A stretch of DNA of 64,000 nt from Trichoplax sp. H2 (lineage: Eukaryota): the NCBI GenBank assembly GCA_003344405.1, contig NOWV01000003.1:806001-870000 (forward strand), in the 5' to 3' direction. Under the pieces are notes generated by a model that saw only the letters and a program-made list of their open reading frames with translations, made no database searches and had not been told where the DNA came from. Numbering within the stretch: the first letter of the stretch is position 1; each line of letters begins with the position of its first letter. Below, one piece after another: positions 52,301-64,000 of this stretch. The translations under genes were made by a program, and so were the position numbers.

Positions 52301-52378
52301 AGGTCAAAGCATTTATCTAACATCTATTATCGATATCTAAAAGTTTTTGGATTTTGCTTAATTCAATTATACCCATAG
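49343..52378 (+). CDS. FIBP: FGF1 intracellular binding protein
   Basis: [26 protein letters not shown]/...DTLDCYRLF.../[37 protein letters not shown]...FLLSDKL/...[15 protein letters not shown]...ENWTL.../...FCLIQLYP*. Confidence 0.93.
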
Positions 52379-52447
52379 TATGATAATGCAGTTATACATA
52401 AATTATAAATACTTTATTCGTAAATGTGTATAAAATGCAGAATTAGT

Positions 52448-55400
52448 TTAAGACGACGGTTCCATAGCATCCACTCCATGAAATTTCAGAAATTTCTAGA
52501 TAAAAACAAAACATTTGTGAAAAATAAATTAAAATGAAACTCGTAACACTGCAAATTGTGATTGATAGATTTTACCTTCAACAGATCTGTACCATTGGAC
52601 GGAAGCGATCTGTTAATGTACTCTAAATAGTCGTTCTTGTCGCACCTGGAAGTATATGCACTAACCAATTGAATAGCTTCAGTAGTCCTGAAATAGCATA
52701 CAGGTGTGAGATGTAATTATAGTATTATTACTGGTTAAGTAAAAGAATTACTTGCCTCCCGATTTCAACACTTTTTACTACTATAGCTTTAACATCACCA
52801 CTTTCTAATAAGAAATCGATAAAGGAATCGAAATACTTCGTCCGATAAATTTCCTATAATGTTTATTTAGTAAGGTAATACATTCACATGTTAATTAGCC
52901 GATAAGTCAGTTCGTAGTAAAGTTTGCAATCACTGACACAGGAATTACCTCAAATAACTGATTTTCGTTGATGTAAGCAAATATTGTTCTTTGCAGCTGC
53001 AAAGTTATCATTATGTTTTTAGTAAAAATTTTTGAATAACACTGTAGTATTTGTACATGTGGATACCTTGCCGATCTGGAGTGGAAAATTACTTGCATCC
53101 GATAATCCATCAAGAATTTGCATGCAATACTTATCAAGTAATACCTGCGGTTTGAAAATGTAACGTAGCAGTGTATTAATAAAAGTTTATCAGTGGAAAA
53201 GTGTGGATAATCTTTATTTACCTTTATTTTGATGTTTGTATGCTTGGACTTGGGCATAGTAATAATAGTATCGAGCGCTAAAGTATAACATCCAACTGAT
53301 TCCAAGTCGGCGCTAAATTTTGTGAGATCAATTTCAGCTAATTGGGGGCACCTGAACATTTGCGAAATATCAATTGTTAACTTCGTTTTTTGGAAAGTAA
53401 TCAATTTGTAACTTACCATTTCAGCAGTTGTGCTACTCGTTCAAGTTCTTTTTTCTTCATATCGACATCTATAAATTAAATCACAAAAATGTAATTCTTA
53501 AAGTTGACATAATTATTATCGAAATGAAGCAACTATTACGAATAGCTCAACACAATATAAATTACCGTTTCCGACGTAGATATTTGCTATGACTACGGAC
53601 CATACTTTTATTAAGCAATTTAGCTGTCGTAAGCAGGGAATTGTGGCTATTTCACAAATAGTATGCCGTAGTTTGTGAATCTAGATGATACGAATTACTA
53701 TTATCAAAGCATGTTGGCAATATAAATATAAATATTTACGCACTGTATGCACATATACAGTATATAAATTGCAAACCATGTTCAAGCCACACAGTTTAAG
53801 TAGTATGTTGTTCCAGATGACTTTATCATAGACCTTATAGTCTAAACATAAATCTACTGCAAGTCCTATCATCTGGTAAAGACACGAAAATGTTCATTAT
53901 AATCATTTATATCGGATTAAATCGCCATTCATCATTACTTTTAAAATACCTTTGGCTCGTCGCTATAATTTCTCAAGATTCCTCTTATCAAACCGTCTTT
54001 GTCACACTTTCGAAATGCTTCCACTGAGTGAAGAATTTGATGCTCGTCGAGAGCAGCCATGTAAATCATTGATAATAAATCGGAACTAGAAAGAAGTGTA
54101 ACCGTATTTAAAATTTTTATAAAGCCCGATAGTATCGATCAAAATGAAACGCTTTGTAGCATAAAATCTGTATGCCTTATGTCCTTTATGGATTTTCCGG
54201 TAGTTTCTGCTATCTTGTCTGCCGAAGCGATCGTTAGAAGAACTTGCAGTGCTCTTTTACGTTGTTCGAAAGTAGTCTTCGTAGATTTTTCCTAAAATAA
54301 CATATATCATTTCATAGCTGCACCTTCATTTCCTACTTTTTTAATTAAAGTCGAATACGAACTGATGTCGCAAAGGAGAATAAATATTCAATAGCTATCT
54401 TTTCATCAAAATTTTTCAGCATAAAGGTCAACCTGAAAACAAGTTTTATGAATATAAACTCTCCTCATTTATATCCAATATATATACAAAAAACCGTGCA
54501 GAAAATGTAAAACTAACTTTGCTAATGGTTCATCTTTAGAGTTGTTGTAATCAGTTTCGTCCTTCGATTAGAATATTAAAATCAAGTATAGGAAAATTAG
54601 TTATTAGTTTTGTGAACAATACGTATCAACTGCTTTACCTCTGTATAAAACGTGGACTCATCAGGCACAGCCAGCCATCGCTAGTGATTGTTAATCGGAA
54701 AGCGAAAGGTTAGACTGATACAGAAGAACTTTCTATTATTACTAGATAACTATAGAAATTACCTCGATTAGCTGCATTCTCATCTTAATAATGTCAATTC
54801 CGTTGATTTGAGCTATGGCTGAGGTGATACCATGAATATCTACATGATTAATTAATTCCATTCGTGAGTTATATCCAATGACAGTAGTATTATACATAAC
54901 TGATTACACATTTCTAGTCTAATAGATTATTTTTACTGTACCAACAATTATTTTTCACATATGATAAATGTCATTTTAATTTTACCTGGAACTTTAGTTT
55001 CACGATCCTTAGTTAGAAGAGAAATACATTGATGATTATACAATTCACGAATTAATTGTGATGGCTTATTTACGAGTGAATTGTATGGCTCGATGTCGAG
55101 CTTGGCAATACAAAGTTGATACCGAGTTGATTCGTAGCACCATTTTTCCATCAATTTTGTGTTACTTAACTGGGCTTTTCTTTTCTCAACCTATCAACAG
55201 AATTAAAAACTGAAAATACCTTGCGATCGCTAATTCAATAATAACTCTGATATAAACCTTATCCTTCGTAGAAGCTTTCCATATTTCAGTTATCTTAACA
55301 CAAAACTTCATTAACTTGATTTTCAATGGTACTAATTACAAGTATTAAAAAATTTGTTTTTAAGTTTCATAGAACAATTATCGATTCATGCTTGTATTGC

Positions 55401-58400
55401 AATCCATACCTAAAGGAAGTTGCTTGATTACGTTGTATGCAGTTGCAATTAGAACTTCATTAGATTCAATCTGTTGTAACAACTCTTCAATTTGTTCAGC
55501 AAAGTAGTGATTGTCGCTGTCCAATGTTAATAAGGAGTCAGACGCCTTACTGATAGTATTTTGTATCGCATTAGCGAGCATTTGATCGGTAGACATCTGG
55601 GGAGTGCAAATAGAATGCTTATAAGCGAACAAAAATATATAGAGCCAGTTTGAAGCGCACTTACATTTAGAAGCTTTCCTATAGGTATGAGTTTGCCAAT
55701 GGTACTATAATGTAATTCAGGAGCTGGATAAAGGGATATCACAAAAGAGCAATTAGAAAGCACAGTAGCTTGTGTCGATTTATATTAGATTTATTAAGCA
55801 TCACTAAGCTTACATATAATCTTCCACTGGTCTCCATACAAGAGCGGATGCAGAGGTAATCGTTGTCTGGCTAAAGGATCCAATACTAGACTGGTAATGT
55901 TATCAGATTCCTAAATAGAGTATTTATTTCCTCTGAGATCTTAAAATACGCGTTATCTCATATTACCCGTAACATTATAAAATGTATGCAAGCTTATTGA
56001 AGGACCTCTTTCATATAGGGGTATGTATAGGATGAGATAACTGGGCATTTAAATATTGGTTATTACAAACCTGAACCTGTCTGGAATCAGTATCCAAAGT
56101 AAATGATAATTCATATTGTGAAGGCTCAAACGTGCGTTTGTATTCAATTAGATAATCAAGTAGTCTTTGTGCCTATTTTAAATAAAGGAAATGCTTTAAT
56201 TCATTATTCGAAATAAAGGGAGTGTAGAAAGACTGCTCTATATGTCATCCTAACAAACCCTTCCAATATCAACCGCTTCAGTTTGACTACAGAACCGCGT
56301 TAGTAAAGCCAGAATAAATGTTGCATGTTCGTAATCATAAAAATTAAGCTAGAATTCGAAAAATAAAAGAGCTTAGACATCTAATATCGATAAATTTAGT
56401 ATTCCGTAAAAGAACTTACTTTCTTGAAAACTTCAATTAAAGTATTTGCGGCTGACTCAGAACTATCGATTTCTGATATGATGAGTTTTATTTGACTTTC
56501 ATAAACTCGCCTTTGGCCACCAGTCATCCTTTCTTTCGTAGCAAAATTCGGCGATAAAACAATCTGTAAATATGAAAGCAAGGCTGGTTCGACGTCTAAT
56601 TGGAAGTCTCTAGTAATTCATTTCGTAAAATCAAGCAGTTACTAATAATAGTAAGGAAATATGAAAAATGAAGATTTTTGTACGGGCAGTCATTACCGAC
56701 AGTACTGCAAAATAGTCGTCAGATCAGTGCTATTTTCAACTAGTTTAGTTAGTAGAGCCTCCTTTTCAAGTATATCTTTCTTCGAAATTCCTTTAGCCGG
56801 TATCTGATGTGTTTTTATGGCAACATAGTTTGTAAACGTAAAGGATTTGATTAATAATGTAAAGAATTTGATAAGGCACAAAACTATTCGTAATCCTTTC
56901 AGTCGAGATCGGATTTATCACTAATACTTACTTTTAACTCTGAAAGCAACCGGCACCATTTTGCTTCCAGATAGAATCGTTTAAATACTAGTTTAGTGTC
57001 AGTTGGGCAGCTATAGAAGTTAGTAAATAAAATTCCAAGCACCGATACAACCTGTAATATAGCAAAGGATTATGAAATAGAAACACATGTATTCTATTGG
57101 TATTGCAATATACTAACACGTAATTTGCGGTAACTCCTTTCAACTGAGTCACAAAGTTCTTTTAACTTATTGCAAGCTATATTTGCGGGTAAACTTGTTG
57201 CATAGCTGAAAGCTAGTTCAATATCGTCGCTACAGCGGTAGCAGATCTAGAACACAAGTATAAATAAAAATTTCAGAAATAGTCAGTCATGTAACTTCAT
57301 GGAGAGACCTAACCTTTCTTGTAAGAAAAAATGCAAAATCCAGTAATTTAGGACTGAATTCTTCGTTTATGTATTGGTCTAATAATTCAGAAAGGCTTCC
57401 TTTCACTTCCTATTTTAAAGATTTTCTCGGACTTAATTTACGAAACTTTGTAAAGCTCAGATATTACGGAAACATACCATGTTTTGAATGTGGCTATTAA
57501 GCGTTAAATGTTGCGCACACGCTTCTATAGTCTGGTTAATTTGATAATTAATCATTAGTATTTCCAGATGTCAATTTCTATAGTATATCTATAGAGTTCT
57601 AGCTTACCTGATTCGTCACCTGAAATGCTAAAGCCACTAGATTATTTTCTCTTAAATAATCTATTAAATTCTTTGATGCAGTGCACATTTTAGTGATAGA
57701 GTCGAAATGGAAAGTTTCCGTCAACGGATCTAGTCATTATGAGCATTATTGCCCAATATACAGTGTGTTACTGAAAATTTCTGATCACTTTAACACTTAT
57801 ACATAAAATTAAAATTAGAAAGATTAAAATAAAGGAAAATACCTAATCCATTCTGAAATTTTCCTTGAATACGATCCTGATAATAATTTTTGCAGCCGCT
57901 TTCTGATAGAGGAAAATTTATAATGAATTTCAAATTAAGTCATCAATGTAATGCATGCTTTTCCGGTGTTAATATTACACCTTTACCTTCAATGGTAGGT
58001 ATAACAGATATCATATAGCGAGCAAGCATTGGAGCGACAATGGATGATTTAAGAACAAGACCATCATCAGTGAAGAACGGCATGAACAGTTGCCGTTTTG
58101 AGTCATGGTCACTCGAAGGATCCTAATATTCGTATATCACAGTATAGTTAAACATTAATTTTATGTTGTGTAAATTTATATAGTAAATGATGGCACCTCA
58201 AGGGATGATACTGATTCATTATCTTCACATTGCTGAAGAATTATGCATAGTAATCGAGAAATTTTGCATAATTCCAAACAATCACAGACGAGATCTATAA
58301 AGTGAATCAGTAAAAAATTATCAAATCAAACATTTTAACAAGAGAGTATATTTCGTATTACAAGAATCGCATTTAGCCAGTAGAGTTTGCAATGTTGAAT

Positions 58401-61400
58401 GTAATTCATCCATCCATGTTACATTAGATTGTTCACAAATGCATTTGCATATGTGATATAAGTTGAACAGTATAGATTTAGTGGTGCTGTAGTCATTGCT
58501 AGAGAGCGCATTTCTATAATCGAGAATAGGAATTTAAGAGAGAGTTATACTACAGATTTGGTAACCAAATCATGCAAATTTACGTTTGCAATTACCTAAC
58601 TAGATTAAGGGATGTTAAACAATCTTGATTGTTCATCTTGAAATTGGCCAATTTACAATAGTATTGATTTCGTGAGAGGTCAAATAATGACGCATATCTA
58701 AAGTGGTTAATGCCGTCACGAATATTCACACAATTAAAAAAATATGCAGAATTTATATCAACATAGAAGAACAAGTTGTACGGACATAACTTCAAAGATA
58801 AAGCAATAAACCAACTCTGACCTAGATAAGTCAGTAAACGTATTTGCTACACCATTGTGGAATGGGTTTTTAATTTTACTTTTCTAAAAACATAAGCAGT
58901 AATTTATCAGTATGATGAAAATTATAAGACAGGATATTACTAAATAAGGACTGTGAATCAATATACTCGCACATCTTTTCGTAAAGATCCCTCTATGAAA
59001 TGATCAGTACTCTTAATGAAGAGGTTATTAAATATTATTTCGCGGTAATCTGGGTTTTCGTAGTGGATCAGAGATAAATCTATACCAAATTTAGTCTAAA
59101 AAAGGAACGTATTAGAAAAGGCTGTAAAAAATTAGTTACGATCTTTACGTACTTGAATTTTTAACACAGCACGGAAAGTATCTTCCATTTCTTTAAGTTC
59201 TTCGTGATTTAAGGAGCAGTCTATTAATAACGGAACCATTGTTACAAATAGTGCACGCGAATAGGTATACAGAGAAAGTTAAATTTATCCTAAAACGAAT
59301 CGCGTTTGTATATAACGCACCGAAAGATAACAAGTACTTAAGGACTACTAGCGTTGTCTCTAAAATTGCTTTTCGTTCTTCAGTGTCATTCTGTGAAGTT
59401 AATAATACGTGCATTTCCATAAAATATTAAATTGGTGGATTATATTAGACATACATAACAGAGATCACTTTTTCAAGTAAAAATAAATTATGTCTATATC
59501 ATTACAAAATGTAAATAAGTTCTTACCAGGTCAGGATGTGGTTCATCATTTAGAACAATAGCAATCCACTGGAAGAATTCTCTGATAACAGAAGGCAAGT
59601 CTTCACTAGGCAGTACTTTGAGTAATTCGATGCTCTCAGAACTCTATTAAAGATAATATAACTTTATATTTCATACCGACTGTAGAATCGCAATTGCAAG
59701 AGATCTTAACAATTGATTTTCAAATTAGTTTTAAGAATAAATATGCCTATACTATACTCTGTTATTTCGACTCAGATCTTGTAAAATGGTAACAAATACA
59801 AAATGTTCTGAAAGTGAGCTGTAAATGCGAATAATCTATAAGAAAATTGCAGTAAAAATAGGTTTGATTACATTCTTTTCTGTCAACTTTTTAATTTATT
59901 CTGTTGCATTTGAGTATTTTAAATGTTATACTTTTTTTGCATCGAGCAACTTCATTTGGAAAGATGTATCGGCATGGCAAATTCGCAGCAATGTTCTCTG
60001 TATAGTATTAATAAATGAAAGTATTTTACTTTGCTAATTATTAAAATTTTGTACATTATATAAGAAGGGATTTTAATTACTTCTGCTTGATTAATGTCTG
60101 AAATATTGAAGTTATCGATTCCATATTTTTGACAGATTTCCTTAACTTCAATTAAACGGTATTCATTTTCAATTTCAAGCTTTCTATAGAGGTATGAAGA
60201 ATAGTTTACTTATTGAAAATTGTATTGAAAATATTCAAAATTTTTATATTTACTTCGGATGATCTATAGTCATCGAGTTTTCTACAAGAGCCTTAACATT
60301 ATCACTCCAAGGCAGGCCAGCATGCCGCATAATTTCCATGGTAGCTTCAATTACATACTAAAGGACAATAAGAATAATTACTGTCTCTAAAGTATTAATC
60401 CGAAAGAAATATCGGTAAATAAAAATGGGATTTACTTGATTATTCCTTATGACATTGACGACAGCAACCGCTCTGGTTTCCCATAAAGCTCCAGGTAATG
60501 AATTGTAAGATATCTTGTCTAACCATTCCTAATTACATAATGGTTTCGGATTAATATAGTCCATAGCAAGATATATCAACTATTTTGGAATTTATTTAAT
60601 ACTCGTATACTGCCTTCCTTACTTTGATATATTCCGAAAATACTTTGTCATCAGATACACCATAGTCTGTCATGTATTTTCTAATGCTGCTGTTTACTAC
60701 CGAGGGAATTAATTCCGCAGCTTTTATATTCTCTAGTAAATTAAAAATTATTGATCTGGGAGTTGCCTGATAAAAATGAAAGTTGAAATTAGTGCAATTA
60801 AATGTTGTTAACAATGAATTAGTCCTTACCTTTTTTAGTTCTTCAAGTTTCAATTTGCAATTGTATGTTTTATACAGTTTTTCTAGTTCTGCGAGATAAG
60901 TGACCAATTCTCGAATTTCTCCGAAATTGTTTGTGCCGTTGACCTATAATAATGTCAATTCTCTTGAAATTTAACCCACGGTAATTCAAAACAACTTGCA
61001 CTGCCTTATCTAATGATGTCAGCTAAGAAGCTATATAACATTAATAGAACTCTACCTGATCTTCGTCGATGTTCGTACGTTGTATTCCAAAAGAAAGCTA
61101 CAATTATCGAATATAAGATTTCAAGCCATGACATAAATAATGAATTCAAGCTAAAATAGTATTTTCAGTATTTAATTCAGTAAGTTACCATATTGGTATA
61201 ATCAAAAGGGGACTTCCTTAGAAGGCTAGTTGTTAGAAGTGATTGCCCAGCTTCGCTTACTAAATTGACTAACTCTAATGCATTCATCGGCCATCCATCC
61301 TAATAATTCCGTACACAGCATATTTTGTATTAATTTAGATCTCAGTTACAAATTTAGATATTCATTGAATTTGTTAGCATCTACCCTTTCCTCCATATCC

Positions 61401-64000
61401 TTCACAATTCGTATTACCCAACCACAGAGCTTACTCTATGCATAAAAGAATCACATTATATAGGTAAATGTAATTTTTTAGATATTATATAGATAACCAC
61501 CTGAATATTTTGTGATTGTTTGAAAACAAATGGGACAATACAGTCTCTTAATAACGAAGCATAGGACGAGATGCAAGCATCAATAGGTATACTTGACAAT
61601 ATGCAATCAATATCATAGCTTGTTAGCTCAAGCTCATGTAGATGTCGCTGCCAAACGATTTGCACAGAAGAAAAGCTTCTATCCATTAAAAAATTCTTCA
61701 TTACTTTCACTATACTTGACTGCAAGAACTGCTGCCACTTGAAACCACTAAAATTAAAATTTCATAGTTGGTAAACGGTTACTAACATTCATATTTAAAG
61801 TTAACAAACCTAAAAGATGATTCCGAAACGATTAAGAAAGTTCCCAACCGTAATAGATGAGTTTCTACCTATAAAAACGGATTACTTGTTCTTATATATA
61901 TTAAGATACGAGGAAATTCAATCTATTTACTCTTCTGAATAAAAAAAAGATTGTAGTTTCTGACTGATTAAATTGAAGCTAATTACTAACTTGTCCTTTA
62001 AGTTCCTGTGTTTCTTCGTTGGTGAATTTATCAGGTACTGCATTTTGTTTATCTAGCTGCATTGTTTAGAAATAAGTAAGCTCTCAATATTCGCCTTTTT
62101 ATTGTAGCAAATGGAGTTAATACTTATCACCTACCCTGTTCCTAGCATATACTAAGAGCTTATGCACATGATCAACATTTGAAAGTCCTGAATTTGAACA
62201 TATTCTAACAATGTCGGCGTTACTCTAGATGAGTACACAGACGCGTAATTAAGCTATTGTATAGAATTTATAATATGCAAATTTTTTTAAGTGTACACTA
62301 TTTCAATAATCATCAGAAATTGTAATAGCACATGAAACCTTTATATTATCTAGCGTTTCTGTTAAAGTGTTGAATAAATTTCCTGGGGTATCAGGTGAGA
62401 GATTGGAGTTAGCTTCGCTTGCGATCGCTTTTCCTAAAAGCCAATCCGCCTTCACCATATAAACGAGCTAAATTTTGCAAACATCCGAATAGAATTAATC
62501 AGTATGTTAAGAATATTCTGATAACGTTAATAAGAAAAAATTTGCGATTTTTGACAAACAACGTTTATGAACCTGGATTTCTTCATCGCCAAATTGATAT
62601 AAATGAGCGAAGTCGAGCGCTTCCTGATATCTTCCTTTGTGGAGTAGGTAACTAAATCTGTATGTATAGCGGAATCATCAGTATCTTATACAAGTAGGTG
62701 AGCACAATTGAAAGTTTACCTTTGAGACGGCGATGATTCCCGTATAGATTTTACGCGCATAGCAGGTAAGCTTATAAGAAAATGAAAAATTAGTTATCTA
62801 GTTTATTGAAGGGTAAATACGTTCTACTAATTGATTCTAGACATTGTAAATGTATACACGTATAACGTACCTATTATCATCACTGAATGATCGACTTTCA
62901 ATGAAAAAGACATTATCCTGAAAATAAATATGTATGCCTGTGTTAGATACGGTATTCATATAGTAACTCTAAATATATGCGTGCCAACCTTATTTCCATT
63001 CATCTCAATTAAGTATGTCGAAGTTGACGCTGAAACGCTATATATCTTATGAAGGAACGGCATGGATAAGACATGAATGAAATAGTTCTAAAATGTAAAG
63101 AAACCACCAATAAAGTGAGCTGTTACTAACAGTACTATTAAAAGTGGTAAAGATCAACAACAACATAGACGATGCAACGATTGTGCTGATGTATTGCTTT
63201 TGGCTATTATACAATACAACATAATTATTGTGGCTGAACCTCATTTTCGTTAGATAAGATAAATAGCTTTTGCGAGTTAGGTTGCTTCTGGCTGAAGATA
63301 AAGTTGATAATAAGGTTTAAAATCTGGATAAATATGAAATATTTCATATCTTTAATATTGAAAGCGCACCGGTAGCTAAATACAGAATTATGGATTTTCA
63401 AGGAATCGGTGCCACATAAGAAATTTTCTACTTTATGTTCTTGCCATAATTTCATCATGAACAAGGTTAGTAACGAACAAGCCCAAAGGCTTAAAGATTT
63501 CTACAAGATATCACAAAGGAGCAAAGATTGACAAATAGATAGCACGCTATATGGTTGCCGTATATCAGAAATCTACGATAATAGCAGCAGAATTGCACAC
63601 AGTCTCCAAACGTACGTCGCTATGGAGGACCAATAGCAAATTGCGATCAACAAGACAGCATTTACAGATCGAAGTACCTAAAATGAAAGCTCCATTTTTA
63701 TAACATTGATCTCAGACAATAAAATTAATGAGTCACTAGCTTCTACGCTAACCTAAAAATTCAGAAGAAATCGAATGAACTACATTGTAGGTGTCTTCAC
63801 TTGGAATTTCTAAAACACATAAAGGTTCGTTTCCTTTACCCTAAAATTGAAAGCACATTATCGTTACAAACGTAGATAAGTTATCATAGATATTCATATA
63901 TTTAGTATGCTTTACCCCAATCACTAAAAGATACGATAACTCAAAGGTAGGTTGATATGTCATACAAACGGGCTCATCAATATATTGAGAAATATCATGG
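52448..64000 (-). CDS. KNTC1: Kinetochore-associated protein 1 (Rod), 5'-truncated by the window edge, many short exons
   Basis: Rod C-terminal features RLPLHPLLYGDQWKIISPEL, SSYDYEHATFI, KRALQVL, KDGLIRGILRNYS, LAVDLCLDYKVYDKVIWNNILLKL. Also LWETRAVAV, PWSDNVKALV and DGWPMNALEL. Stop TAA 52448-52450. Confidence 0.85.

Overview
AT-rich, gene-dense animal genomic DNA with short (about 60-130 nt) spliceosomal introns. Composition, compactness and gene content suggest a non-bilaterian, most likely the placozoan Trichoplax (inference). Eleven conserved intron-containing genes can be reconstructed by eye: atlastin, TTC9-like, CCSAP, PRORP, MAP10, MRPL49, PRPF39, GNMT, CRIPT, FIBP and the 3' part of KNTC1. 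There is also an unnamed secreted, probably GPI-anchored protein with two Frizzled-like cysteine-rich domains. Two 20-N gaps are each flanked by near-identical copies, probably uncollapsed haplotypes. The most striking signal is non-coding. Dense mixed arrays of CAGTA/CTGTA units sit inside all four head-to-head promoter regions. Comparing duplicated copies shows the arrays grow by precise TA->TACTGTA / TA->TACAGTA insertions, several at sites where slippage cannot explain them. This is the excision-footprint signature of Tc1/mariner transposons with CAG...CTG ends, so the promoters appear to record repeated insertion/excision cycles. Also seen: a TA-flanked 172-bp MITE with an allelic extra inverted arm, a tandem repeat with one module inverted between TTAA sites, and four probable GC-AG introns. 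No transposase, rRNA, tRNA or CRISPR array was found.
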